DNA from: Octopus sinensis
Taxonomy: Eukaryota
Assembly (NCBI RefSeq): GCF_006345805.1
Contig: NW_021835513.1
Span: 1-58,795, forward strand
Reading direction: 5' to 3'
DNA: 58,795 nt
The position numbers and the translations under genes were made by a program. Below are positions 14,205 to 28,227 of this stretch, one piece after another (position 1 is the stretch's first letter; each line of letters starts with the position of its first letter). The notes below the pieces were generated by a model. That model was given only the letters and a program-made list of their open reading frames with translations. It was not told the origin of the DNA and ran no database searches.

Positions 14205-14400
14205 ATATAGACAGAACGTCGTTGGTAGTTTGATGGTTGTTCAATGTTATGCACACAATTTCTAATTCCTTGGTTTATGAGGTTCTTCTCCGTCCATTTT
14301 TCCCCCCTGCTTAAAAGTATAAATCTGATGTCTGACATTTCCTTTAAATGGACAGTCGTTTCGATCAAAGGTCGTGGATCTTGAAAGCCCTTGTGACGAA
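14205..14400 (-). pseudogene. Possible second Penelope-like GIY-YIG fragment, highly decayed
   Basis: Minus strand RNDCPFKG, then after a frameshift CQTSDLYF*A, resembling the CPL.G.C....IY.A motif that precedes GIY-YIG in these elements. Confidence 0.35.
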
Positions 14401-14590
14401 AATATATCACTTGTGACAGTTAATAATTGGTTATGACTTAGGTTTAAGTTCATATAAAATACTAAACGTACGAGTAGAACCGCCGGCGGCAGTCTCTGAT
14501 TGTCTACACGTCTGTAACGAGAACGCTTTCGAGATTGTCCTTGTAATCATCTGTCGATCTGTCTGTCGGCAGGTTTGGCTATCTGTCTAC

Positions 14591-14669
<79 letters not shown>

Positions 14670-14789
14670 TTCTCTCTGTCTCTCTGTCTCTCTGTCTGTG
14701 TGTCTTTTTTCTCTCTCCCTCAAAAAGAAAAGCTCTACTTTGTAATCTGTCCCGTCTGTGTACAGCCCTGCGTGGCTAATAAAGGAACA

Positions 14790-14870
<81 letters not shown>

Positions 14871-15829
14871 GTCTGTCTCTGTCTGTCTGTCTCTCAATCT
14901 ATCTACCTATGCATCTCTCTCTCTCTCTCTATTTATCTATCTGTATATTTATCTATCAATCTCCTTGTAACTATCTATCTGCTTGTCTGTCTGTCTATCT
15001 ATCGATGTATGTATGTATGTATGTATGTATGTATGTATGTATTTATCTATCTGTCTATCTATCTATCTATTAATCAATTTACCTAGATCCAATAACTGTT
15101 TTAATGGTTGTTGCGAAGTCGCTGAACATTTGGCATCAAATATTCTTTTCTGTACCAATTACGAGGAAATCGCGTATTGTCACCTGTTGTGTGAGTAAGA
15201 TATATCGAACCTAACGAACGATTCCACCGAGAACATCGACGCCGGGAACCGCAAGCTGGAAAGCAGAAAATTATCCAATCGAAGCAGGATGTAAAGGATT
15301 CTTCGGAAGTTTTTTTAGAAGGTTTTACTCAAAAATAAAGCAGAGAACATCATTAGCACTAACATCAGGATAGCAGTTAAGCCATTGGATAGGTTTAAGT
15401 TAAGTCGATGCCCAATATTTGGAGGAATAATCTGGTAAGCATAGAAGCCAGTTAATCTAGCCAGTGCTGCCTTATATGGAGGCTAGCCGTTGTGTATTGA
15501 TGCCGTTGAGATAAAGGTGCTGAATCGGCGCGATTTCTCACCTGATGTTTTCCCTAAACCTGTTAGTGTTCGCAACGTGGGACAAATATCCATGACATGT
15601 AAATAATGTATATAGACGTGCATGTTTGTGTCTGTTTGTGTCTGTGTTTGTCATTTCCACACTTGTATCTGTTATTGCTTTGTCCCGTTGCATTAGCAGT
15701 GTGGCAAAAAGAGAACGATAGAAAAAATAATAGTGTTTTTGTTTTTCCTGCTAAAAACCTTCAAGGTTGAGCCCAACACGGCCGCAGTCCAATGACTGAG
15801 ACAAGTAAAAGATATATATTATTGATCTA

Positions 15830-16248
15830 TACTCTTTTACTTGTTTCAGTCATTTTACTGCGGCCATGCTGGAGCACCGCCTTTAGTCGAGCCAATCGAA
15901 CCCAGAACTTATTCTTTGTAAGCCTAGTACTTGTTCTATCGGTCTCTTTTGCCGAACCGCTAAGATACTGGGACGTAAACACACCAGCATCAGTTGTGAA
16001 GCGATGTAGGGGGGGGGGGGCAAACACAGACGCACAAACATATATACGCACTCATACACATAGATATATATATATATATACATACATACTACCGGCTTAT
16101 TTTAGTTTCCGTCTACCAAATCCACTCAAGGATTTGGTCGGCCCGAAGCTATAGTAGAAGACACTTGCCCAAAGTCTCACGCAGTGGGACTGAACCCGGA
16201 ACCATGTGGTTGGTAAGCAAGCTACTTACCACACAGCCACTCCTTGCG
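15830..16248 (-). mobile_element. tRNA-derived SINE family B, near full length
   Basis: Minus head GGAGTGGCTGTGTGGTAAG...GGTTCAGTCCC, CORE-like TTGGGCAAGTG, internal microsatellite, tail ending AAGTAAAAGAGTA. It is tail-to-tail with a plus-strand partial copy at about 15620-15812. Confidence 0.88.
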
Positions 16249-16763
16249 AACGTTTTCGAGAAACTTACTCTAGCAATGATGTGACACTTTTTCTACTGTA
16301 GCTCTGTATGTGTGTTCCCCAAATTTGTTGGGCGTCTTTGAAGATCATTCTGACTACACCACTTAACTGGCAGCTGAAATCCGAGCTTAACGTGTAATGC
16401 AAGGGGAAATTCGTTCAAGTATTACTGCATTCGGTGATCCTTGTTCAAAATCTGTTGTTCATACTTTATGTTGCTTCTTGATTTTACATTCAACATTGTG
16501 TTGGAATGAGTCTGTGTGTGTATTTGTATGCGTGCGTGTGTGTGTGTGTGTGTGTTTTGGTCGTTTTCGCCTTCCGAGCAGAACTACATAGAACAGTAAA
16601 TTAAATAGCTTGCGGTGTTCACTCTGTCAGTCTGCACACTAAGTTTAAATTCCACCTTGGTTCACTTTGCCTTTCATCGGTTAAATACACATACACACAT
16701 ACAAATTCACACACACACATTCACACACATTCACACCAATGCATACACACATATTTACGTAAT

Positions 16764-16794
<31 letters not shown>

Positions 16795-16918
16795 TTTATA
16801 TGTATATGCATACAGATGCACTTATAAATACATATACATATATATACATATGTATATATTTATGTATGCATATATTATATATATATACACCACATATATA
16901 TATACTACATACATATAT

Positions 16919-16979
<61 letters not shown>

Positions 16980-18420
16980 CTGTGTGTGTCTGTGTGACTG
17001 TGTGTGTATGCATGTGTGTGCGTAGACACGCAGCGCCATACACAGGGAAATAAAGAAGAAAATTGAAAACTATATCTCCTAATTAATCAATGAACTACAT
17101 CATAATGATTCGATACATTCATTATATGTTAATCGATTCCCCGCCCCCACACGCAGTCCTTCACCCCATCTCGCAATAATCAAAAGCCTCTCTCCCCTAT
17201 TGCCGTATTCTCCTTCAACAGCTTACTCCGCTCCGAACAGTCACTCATCTGCCTCCTCTCCTTCTACATCTTCCTCTCTCTTTATATCTCTTTTTCTCCT
17301 TTTCGTTACCTTCTGTTTCCAAAACTGTTCCTTCCACAACTCTGTCTCTCACTCCATTTCTCTCTCTCTCTCTCAATATATATTCCTAATATGTCAACTG
17401 TATGCGTATTATTTGGCGAATAACAACAGCTCAGTGTGTATAAATAGCTGAATTACCAAAACGAACCTTGAAACGAGAGCATATATCTTAAATACACAGC
17501 ATAAACAACAGCTTCTCTGTTTGTCGCAAATATCGTGTAGTAGCAATGTTATGGCGGATGAAAACATTTCAAAACAACGCCATTTTCTATGCAGATTTCT
17601 CGATCTGTAGTAATGTTAGAGAACGTCATTTACTTCAACAGTTTCACGTGACTAAAGCGGCTCTGCGTGAACCTACGTCGTGATTTAGCTTAAAATGCCA
17701 ATATAATGGAAATGATCAATTAGCTGTCACTGGGATTGGTGTATGACCTTCCAACGGGTTACATAGATGATGCTCTGAATTGTCTTGGAGTACATTAAAC
17801 GAGATTGCTATGCGTTCAATAAATAATCATTCTAATCAAGATTATTGGCGTTAGTTAACGTAAGTGCAATCTTCAGCACTATTACGGCGGCCACCACCAC
17901 TCTGCTTGCACAGGAACGGTGCAGCATAACAGAAAATGAATCATCTATTTCACTGTGAATCTCTCTTCCCCCCCCCCATTTTCTGTCTGTCTGTCTCTGT
18001 CTTTCTCTGTGTCTCTCTCGCTCTCTCTAACTTTCATCGATCCATTATGCTTTGTTTTAACAGTGCATGTGCAAAAGTAATGCAGTTGTTTGAAATATCT
18101 TTGTATATAATGTTGACACACAATTATGTTTTTGATTGATTTGATGTACGATGCATGTAACTAGGACCTGACCTATTGTTGGACACTCGCGTTATGAATG
18201 GAGAAACGGTTGCACAAATTTATAATAAATATATTCGAATGCAAATAAATGGCTCCGGTTTAAAGAATTTAATGTTACGCCCACTCATAGACAATCACAC
18301 ATACACACACAGTTACACACATGCACACAAATGTGCACACACTCACACACACAAACACACACGCACACACACACACACACATACAAATGTGCACACACAG
18401 ACAGAAACATATAAACACAC

Positions 18421-19030
18421 GGCGAGCTGGCAGACTCGTTAGCACGCCGGGCGAAATGAGTAGCCTTATTTCATCTGCCGCTACATCCTGAGTTCAAATT
18501 ACGCCGAGGTCAACTTTGCCTTTCATCCTTTCGGAGTCGATAAATTAAGTACCAGTTATGCACTGGTGTCTATGTAATCGACTTAATCTCTTTGTCTGTC
18601 CTTGTCTGTCCCCTCTATGTTTAGCCCCTTGTGGGTAGTAAAGAAATAGATATAATATTTCACATTAAATAAGGCTATAGCTGGCAGAATCGTTAGTATG
18701 CAGGGCGAAATGCGTAGCGGCTGACGAAATACCGCAAAGCATTTCGCCCAGCATACTAAAGTTTCCACCAGCTCGCCGCCTTAAGAATATTAATAACTGT
18801 GGGGAGCTGGCTGAAATTGTTAGGACGCCGGGCAAAATGCTTTGCGGTATTTCGTCTGCCGTTACGTTCTGAGTTCAAATTCCGCCGATGTCGACTTTGC
18901 CTTTCATCCTTTCATGGTCGATAAATTAAGTACCAGTTACGCACTAGGGTCGATGTAATCGACTTAATACCTATGTCTGTCCTTGTTTGTCCCCTCTGTG
19001 TTTGTCCCCTTGTGGGCAATAAAGAAATAA
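18421..19030. mobile_element. Cluster of tRNA-derived SINE family C: + copy 18421-18650, fold-back heads 18673-18780, + copy 18800-19030
   Basis: Head GGCGAGCTGGCAGA..CGTTAG (A box), GAGTTCAAATT (B box), central GCCTTTCATCCTTTCG..GTCGATAAATTAAGTACCAG, tail ending AAAGAAATA. Confidence 0.88.
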
Positions 19031-19361
19031 GAAACACACAAACACAAACCGGCTCATAGGACACACACACACACACATATGAAGGCACACAAATGTTCAT
19101 ACACAAACAGACACACACCATACACACACACACAATCACACAAACATGCACAGTCAAATGCACGCTCGCACAGAGAAAAATACCAGTCGACACATACATG
19201 TGCTCACACTCACACACACATACGTACAAACACATTCGCACACACACGCACACATAATTAAACATACATACCAAAACATATTCACACACACACATGAATC
19301 AACGCACACAGCACACACACGAGGGGGTGGGGGATGAAAAGGCCCGGGCTTTGGGCAAAAG

Positions 19362-19525
19362 AAAATCAAAGCGGACCAATTAATTAGGCCTTGATTCAAC
19401 ATATTCCCCTCTCAGATTCGCTCCTTTATTGCAGTTGTCCTTCAGTTTTTCTAAGCCCTGTAAAAGAAGTTGAAATATTGGGCCTCAAACAAGGCCTTTC
19501 GCAACACCCATAAGACCAAGAACCG
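19362..19525 (-). mobile_element. Mariner-derived MITE, truncated copy
   Basis: Its reverse complement aligns with 54006-54225 (GCGAAAGGCC....TGAGGCCCA...AAAACTGAAGGA...TGAGA..GGAATATGTTG). Confidence 0.7.
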
Positions 19526-19542
19526 ATATATATATATATATA

Positions 19543-19800
19543 TCACCGTGATCACCGTGACCGACCAGGCTATCAGATGTTGCTACACATCGCTAGTCAC
19601 AATGCGCTTCGCATTGTTTTAGCCTTCAAATGACGCCACCCCGCTGGCTAAGCGAGCAGGCCAACAGAGGAAAGAGTGAAGAAAGTTGTGGCGAAAGAGT
19701 ACAGCAGGGATCGCCACCACCCCCTGCCGGAGCTTCGTGGAGCTTTTAGGTGTTTTCGCTCAATAAACACTCACAACGCCCGGACTGGGAATCGAAACCG

Positions 19801-19801
<1 letters not shown>
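19543..19801 (-). mobile_element. SINE with family-A head/centre and a different 3' tail, 5'-truncated, inside (TA)n
   Basis: About 19663-19801 matches family A. 19543-19660 is unrelated to the A tail and ends in (TCACCGTGA)2. Confidence 0.8.
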
Positions 19802-19835
<34 letters not shown>

Positions 19836-20150
19836 AACATACGTATATACATATTTACGTATAAAATAAATAAAAGCAGATCTAGTATAAGAAATCTTAT
19901 TAGTTACATATACTTAATATACATACTTCGTATATTTCCGGTGGTGTACGTACACTCTCGAAGCGCCAGGTGTTAAAACATCTCAGCCTCATGGACAGGC
20001 GAGGTAACTCACTTTGAATTTTCTTCGTGAGTGATGGACAGCGATTTTTCACCATTATTGTGGCTTCTCAACATTACGTAACTGTCAAATGGGGGCAGAA
20101 ATGGAGATTTTCTATTTTCTATACTTACTGTGGAGGAGAGACGAAGAGGG

Positions 20151-20237
<87 letters not shown>

Positions 20238-20368
20238 GTACTATTTACCGCTCACTCAGAGATTAAATATAGTATATATATATATATATATATATATATA
20301 AGAATTTTTTGCGTAATGAGATAAAAAACCAAGGCTGTGTAGATATTAGAGCATTTATAGATAGAAGG

Positions 20369-20418
20369 TCTTACAGCTGTTTCTAGGATATTTATTAATT
20401 ATATCCCTTCATCGCAGA
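20369..20418 (-). ncRNA. Degenerate type I hammerhead in a Penelope-like 3' fragment (about 20300-20590)
   Basis: Minus strand: TCT / GCGATGA-AG / GGATAT..ATATCC / TA-GAAAC-AGCT-GTA / AGA. Palindromic stem III ACAGCTGT. Core position C3 is mutated. Confidence 0.55.
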
Positions 20419-20679
20419 TGGTGTGAGAGGATGGTTAAGTAATAGTTAATTTAGATGGGATGCAAAATAGAGAGTGAAGTGCAGGAAAGAAAACAGATGT
20501 TAGATATGCAGGTATATTGAAGTTGTAGACCCATTTTTTAGGCAGAATGTTATATATGTAAGATTCCAACATCAAAACCCGATGTCAAGATGTGGTGGGC
20601 ACAAACACACACATACACACACATCTTTATCTATACACGCACACACATATATATATATATATATACCCACATACATGGG

Positions 20680-20752
<73 letters not shown>

Positions 20753-20777
20753 CTCAATCTATCTATCTAATCAATCA

Positions 20778-20859
<82 letters not shown>

Positions 20860-21807
20860 TTATCTATCTATCTATGTGTCTATATACACAAACACACAGA
20901 CACACACACACACAGACACATATATATACATATATATATATGTAAGTGTATATATATAGATATCCATGTATGTGGGTGTATATATGTATAGATATAGATG
21001 TGTGTATGTTTTAATGTTTTTACGTCCTCGTAACAGTGGTTCGGCAAAACTTGGTGATAGAATAAGTCCCAGGTATGAACAAAAGACAAAAAATTATAAA
21101 CAAAAAAAAGAAAAAACAGACAAACAAAACAAACAAGTAAGCCCTGGGGTCGATTCCTTCGACTAAAAATTCTTCAAGCCGGTCCTCAGCAATGGCCGTA
21201 ATCTAATTCCTGAAACAATTAAAAGATAAAAGTTGAAAACTATGAATGAGAAACTAAAAGAAAAAAACTTCGTAAGAAATAAGCACACACAAAAAAGACG
21301 AAAAGCAACGTAGTATTTGAATTCAATGCATGTTTTTCTCGAAAATTCTTTCATTTCTTTATTCGAAATGCTAATCCGCTTCGTTTTTGTGTCGAACTTA
21401 TTGTCTCCCTTGTAGCAGCTGCAGTTTCAATGGAAACTGACTGTATGCGGATAATGTGGTAATTAACGTAATAACGTAATAAGGTCGAATTGAACAGCGA
21501 ACTGGCAGAAAGTGATAGAATATGACATTTAGTACCAATTAATGTTGGGTTGTAATTCTCTCGAAGGTGCCGAATTTCGAGGATGTTGATGGTGTGGAAT
21601 AAAACCCGGCGTTATTCATTCCGTTTGTCTAAATTCTGCGTTAAACTCGTCTCTTGTCATCTGCCTTTTATTCTTTTGAGATTAAGTAAAGTAACAGTCC
21701 AAAATGGAGGTAGAGTTTCGAACTAAATGGTTTGTAATATTTACTCAGGGACTAAGGCAATATTCCTAGCACGAGAGAGGAAATGCTTATCGGTTTACCG
21801 TCTATAA

Positions 21808-22360
21808 GGTGGCGAGCTGGCAGAAACGTTAGCAGGCCGGGAGAAATGCTTAGCCGTATTTCGTCTGCCGCTACGTTCCGAGTTCAAATTCCGCCGAAGT
21901 CGGCTTTGCCTTTCATCCTTTCGGGGTCGATTAAATAAGAACAGTTACGCACTGGGGTCGATATGATCGACTTAATCCCTTTGTCTGTCCTTGTTCGTCC
22001 TGTCTGTGTTTAGCCCCTTGTGGGTAATAAAGAAATAGGTTTCTCGTCTGCCGTTACGTTCTGAGTTCAAATTCCGCCGAGGTTGACTTTGCCTTTCTTC
22101 CTTTCGGGGTCGATAAATTAAGTACCAGTTACGCACTGGGGTCGATGTAATCGACTTAATCCGTTTGTCTGTCCTTGTTTGTCGTCTCTGTGTTTAGCCC
22201 CTTGTGGGTAGTAAAAAATAGGTATTTTGCCCATTGCTATGTTCTAAGTTCAAATTCCGCCGTGGTCGATAGATTTACTACCAGTGAAACCCTGAGGACG
22301 GTGTAATCGATTTGTCCCCTCCTCACAAATTTAAGGCTTTTTGCTTATGGTAGATAGATA
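21808..22360 (+). mobile_element. SINE-C tandem trimer: full head, then two headless units, the last with an alternative tail
   Basis: Junctions AGAAATAG|GTTTCTCG at about 22038 and AAAAATAG|GTATTTTG at about 22221. Confidence 0.85.
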
Positions 22361-22865
22361 CCAGTTGAGCACAGTGATCAATATGATAGACTTTCTTCCA
22401 CCAACGAAATTGCTGGCCCAGTTCAAAAATTTGAAAGAGTGAATATTTATTTCATGAGTGGTGTGTGTTAAGTCTATAAAATTGTGCATACAGTATATAA
22501 AGTGCCTCAAGTACTCATCGTGCTCCAATTTCTTTCAATGAGTAACAGACGAGCGACCATCTTTCCATATAGACACAACACAGGCTACGCTTTCAGGTTT
22601 TTTGTAGAATGTTTTCAGAAATAGCTCAATAGGTTTACCATCATCGCTGAACAACCAGTGGTGGTGAGTTCGCGGCTACAGTAGCTTAGATGTTGGGCCA
22701 AATAGAACAATGCAATAATTTCCAAGCTTAAAAAAAAATAAGTACAACAGACGGTTTTTTCGACTAAAAGTTAGTCAAGGCGGAGCCCCATCATGGCCAC
22801 AGTGTTACAAAGTAAAAATGAAGAGGAACGATGAGCATTAACAATGAACAGGTCAAAGGTAAAAG

Positions 22866-22903
<38 letters not shown>

Positions 22904-23323
22904 GTGTGTATATATATATACATACATATACATACGTACATACATATATTTACGTATATATACTCATACATATGAAAGAAGATTTTAAAATGCAATTTTA
23001 AAGGGTATTTATTTACTTGACCGGTTTCACATTTTTAGAAAAAAGATTGTCAAAAGTAAATTGTAAAGCTTTGTAGAAGCTTTGCTGTGTTAAGTACTGG
23101 TTGTCACAAAAGTATTAAAATACATATATGCATTCTTTGCTAATAATAATAAGAAAATGATAAAAACAGTTTACAAGGATGTATTTAAGAAAATATTTGG
23201 AGTTCAATAAAAATCGTGTTTTATGGAACTCCTTATACTTTTCAAACCTTCTTTCATGTATATTTTCCACATACATCCTTTGATACACACACACACACAG
23301 ACACACGCACACACACACACGCA

Positions 23324-23358
<35 letters not shown>

Positions 23359-24269
23359 CACATATGTGTGTGCACATACATATACATATGTATGTGCCGT
23401 TAATTTGGCTGTTCGGCAAAAGAAACTTATAGAATAAATGCGAAGCTTAAAATACTGGGGCCAATTTCTTTTATGAAACCTTTCAAGAGATTGCTCCAGC
23501 ATGGCCGCATTTTAAAGACGGAAATACTAAAAAGATTAATAAGAAACGATTGCTCTAATACAGCAACAGACACGTAAACCCAGTTACGCTATTTCTTTAA
23601 TCTCTCTACTTAAGCTAATCCGATATTGTCAGATGGACTCCATATTAATGCGAATAAAATCATACTTCTTGAAGAAATAGTTAGGTTAATGTTAAATCAG
23701 ATTAACAGTTGATATTATTGAGGATTAATATTAATTATGTCGGAGTACAACCCGTATTGCAACAAATGTCGTTGCACTGCGTACTAATGGGTTATTAGTG
23801 TAGGTTAATACGTCTTAACGGAGATTAAACCACAAGATACGTTGCACTGCTGGAATTAGAGTTAATTAAAGCGAAGGGTCAATCAGGTGCCAAGTAATGC
23901 ATATTAATGCTGATTAAAGAAAGTTTCTTGGAGAAGATGTGTTGTGGGAAGCTTAGTGCCTTGTAATGGAGAATAATGGTAAATTAATTGCAGATAAAAG
24001 CTGTTATGTGACAGAAAGTACTGCAGCGGTTATTTCATTACCGAGTATTACATGCTGAATGACAGTAGGATCAGACGGAATAAACCTATAGGAGGCGCTC
24101 ATTATTAGGGTTGAAGAATAAGGAGGAGTTAAGTGAGAGAGCTGGTACAATTGCTAGCAAGCCGGGTGAATTGCTCAGCGGTATTTCGTTCGTCTTCACG
24201 TTCTGGGTTCAAATTGTGTGTAAAGGTTGTGGGAAGAATGTATAGCTTGTTGGAAGATATTATATATTT

Positions 24270-25034
24270 TATTCTTCTTTTCTACTCTCGGCACAAAGAC
24301 CGAAATTTTTGGGAAGAAGGGTCCAGTCAATTAGATCGACCTCAGTACGCAACAGGTACTTAATTTATTGACCGCGAAAGGATGAAAGGGAAAGGCGACC
24401 TCGGCAGAATTTGAACTCAGGACGTAAAGACAGACGAAATACCTCTAAGCATTTCGTCCAACGTACTAATGTATCTGCCAGCTCACCGCCTTTAAGATTA
24501 TTTCCTACTATAGGGTCAAGGCCTGAAATTTGGGGAGTGGTCTAGTCATTTAGATCGACTCCAGTACGCAACTGGTATTCAGTTTATTGACCCCGAAAGG
24601 ATGAAAGGCAAAGTCGACCTCGGCGGAATTTGAACTCAGAACGTAGCGGCAGACGAAATACGAAGGACAGACAAACGGATTAAGTCGATTATATCGACAC
24701 CTGTGCGTAACTGGTACTTATTTTATCGACCCCGAAAGGATAAAAGACAAAGTCATTTTTGGCGGAATTTGAACTCAGAACGTAACGGCAGGCATATATA
24801 TCTATTTCTTTACTACCCACAAGGGGCTAAACACAGAGGGGAACAAGCAAGGACAGACAAACGGATAAGTCGATTATATCGACCCCAGTGCGTAACTTGT
24901 TCTTATTTAATCGACCCCGAAAGGATGAAAGGCAAAGTCGACCTCGGCAGAATTTGAACTCAGAACGTAACTGCAAATGAGATACCGTTAAGCATTCTGC
25001 CCGGCGTGCTAACGTTTCTGCCAGCTCGCAGCCT
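24270..25034 (-). mobile_element. SINE-C monomer (24270-24490) plus tandem multimer (24497-25034)
   Basis: Repeated GACCCCGAAAGGATGAAAGGCAAAGTCGACCTCGGC.GAATTTGAACTCAG blocks; heads at about 24480 and 25025. Confidence 0.85.
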
Positions 25035-25424
25035 TACAGATTTTATGTATTAAGACAAAAGCGGTATTCAAATTTTGGAATTTTTGTTTATGCAGCGTTT
25101 TTGTATCGATTTGTAGAATTATTAAAGATGTCTTGACTGAAAATTCATGCCTTTAATATATACGTGAGGTAGATGTAAAAATCTTGAGTTCAATGAGAAA
25201 TAAAATGTTTTATTATTATTTTGATTCCCTGTGTGTATGTGTATATATTTGTATGTATATATATGTGTGTGTATTTATGTTTACATGTCTTCAATGTATG
25301 TGTGTGAGGAATTTTGGAGGCTTGGTTAAAGGAAGAATAAAGGGAAGACAAAAGAAGGGAAGAAAGACAGGAACACAGAAAGGGCAGGAGAGAATGAAGG
25401 CCAAAAAGAAGGAAAAAGAACGAC

Positions 25425-25455
<31 letters not shown>

Positions 25456-26267
25456 CTTTGGTGTATGTGTGTGTGTGTACATCATGCATTTTAAAAAAGT
25501 GAACCTAATCCCTTTGATAACAGGACGCGTTGAACGAATTAACCCTCTCTCAACCCAATGAATGTAAGACAAAACATAATCAACCGACATTCCGCTGCAA
25601 GCGATGTAGCACCAAATTCTGACATCTGTGGCATTTGATCCAAGATTCCGAAATGCACGACGTAACTAAATAATACCAGGAGGCATTTCTTGTTCTTTAT
25701 TTCGGAGCATTTTATTGATTCTAGCTCTTCACCTCGTCTTCCATGTTTTAATCAAGGAAGCAAACGCTAAATAGAATTTCAAACAACAACGACAGCAAAA
25801 ATAATATCTCATGGCATTAAAGACAATACAGAAAAGCAAACTTGATAAATATTAAAAGAGATCTTGGAAATTTCTTCAAATATATGCCATACAAGTTAGG
25901 CAATAAAATAAGCAAGCAGCGACATGAGACTTCTTTTCTTATATTAATCTAATGTGTACTGTTAGTACACAAACGTAAGATAGGCAAAGATAAAAATTAA
26001 ACATAAATAACGAAAAAATAAAAACAAAATTGTATGCGCAGGATGTAAAATAATTAAATAACGAAATAAATAAACAAATAAATGATTAACTAAGTAAACA
26101 AAATGGTTGTTTTATCCAATTCACGAATTGTATTTTTAGATACTCCAATTTATGCGTGACGGATGTCAGTTTAGTTTCGAACACTTTTTTTCTCTGCTTG
26201 CGCTCTCTCTTCTCTCATTCCGTTTCCTTTACCTTCTCTCTCTCTTTACCAATGAATATCGTATCTA

Positions 26268-26312
<45 letters not shown>

Positions 26313-26372
26313 CACACGTGCATATAGATATATATATATATATATATGTATAATAAATATAATAAATATCTA

Positions 26373-26413
<41 letters not shown>

Positions 26414-26417
26414 TATA

Positions 26418-26456
<39 letters not shown>

Positions 26457-26702
26457 ATATATACATATAAAATACATATTTATGTGTCAACATACAAAAC
26501 AATACGCGCGCATACCTATGCGTCTGTATGTATGATACAAAATTTTATACATTACGATTCGTTGTAAATGTATGCCTTGCACATATATTTGTGGGCTTGT
26601 AAATGTATTTATAAGTGTATACATATACGTGTGTATATGTTATAGACTATATTATATTTGTACTTACACGTATATGAATATGTGAATACATGTATATATA
26701 TA

Positions 26703-26770
<68 letters not shown>

Positions 26771-26845
26771 ATGTATATATATATATACAATGTATATATA
26801 TGTAATGTTTATATATATATTATGTGTGTATATATATATGTATTA

Positions 26846-26928
<83 letters not shown>

Positions 26929-27908
26929 CTGGAAGTGTGTAGGTGTGAGTGTATAAGTTTATGTGCATGAATGATTGTATTTATATATATGTATATACAC
27001 GCGCACACAGGGACACAAACATACACGTGCGCACGTGCACACAGGCATACACACACGCACATATAAATATACATACACACACACATATAAATATACATAG
27101 ACACACACACCAATATATATACATATATGTGTATGTGCATGTGTGTGTAGAGCATCAACAAGAATGCACGCATCAACCATTACGTCTGTGTGTGTTTTCC
27201 TTCCCTTCCAGCATCTGGTATTTCAAAGAAAAAGCATTCGTTATTTTTTAATGATCTCGGCTGTTGTTTACGACACATAAAATTCGTGTCAGACATTTTC
27301 TCTCTAAATTTCGTCGTTTTGGTTCCTCGCAGTTTGATATTTCAGGAGTTTGAAAAATTAACATATCAGCTACATGATTCTGTTCAGGGTCATACATAAT
27401 CTCCCGTTTATTCTTATTTAATTTAAGTTTATTTTTGTTTCAGTTCTTGCGTTTCTCTGTTTTCAAATGTAACTTTATAAGAATTAAACACTGGCGCCTC
27501 TGTTTCTTCCTGCACAGACTCTGTGGTATTCTTGTACAACTGTATAATTTTCGTGCAATTATACTGGAGGTGTCTTACGAAAAATGAAGGAACACATTGA
27601 TCTCAAAAAACCTCACTCACAAAGGGTTTCTGTAGGTTCAAGCGCGGACGAAAACACACGGCGATATAAAGAAATGAATATAGAAATAAATATGTGTTCG
27701 TGTATGTCAATATGTGGTTCTGTGTATATAATGTGTGCATATATAATATAATACATACGTTCACAGAAACCTACAGGTGTATATAGATATATTCGCATGT
27801 GCGTGCTTGTGTGTGAGCGTGCGATTATGTGTGTGTGTGTGTTTAGATATCTATATAGGTAAGTATACACAAAGGTGTATATAGTCTGTATATATGTACG
27901 CATGTCAT

Positions 27909-27950
<42 letters not shown>

Positions 27951-28020
27951 TATGTGTATATATATATATATATCTATATTCTTTTACATATTTCAGCCTT
28001 GAGGCTGTGGGTATGCTACA

Positions 28021-28066
<46 letters not shown>

Positions 28067-28181
28067 ATATATATACATACACACACATATATATATATAT
28101 ATGCATGTATGTATTATTGACATGCGTGTTCCTGTATGAGTGTGTATGCCCACACAATATTATACACCTATCTATCTATCC

Positions 28182-28227
<46 letters not shown>

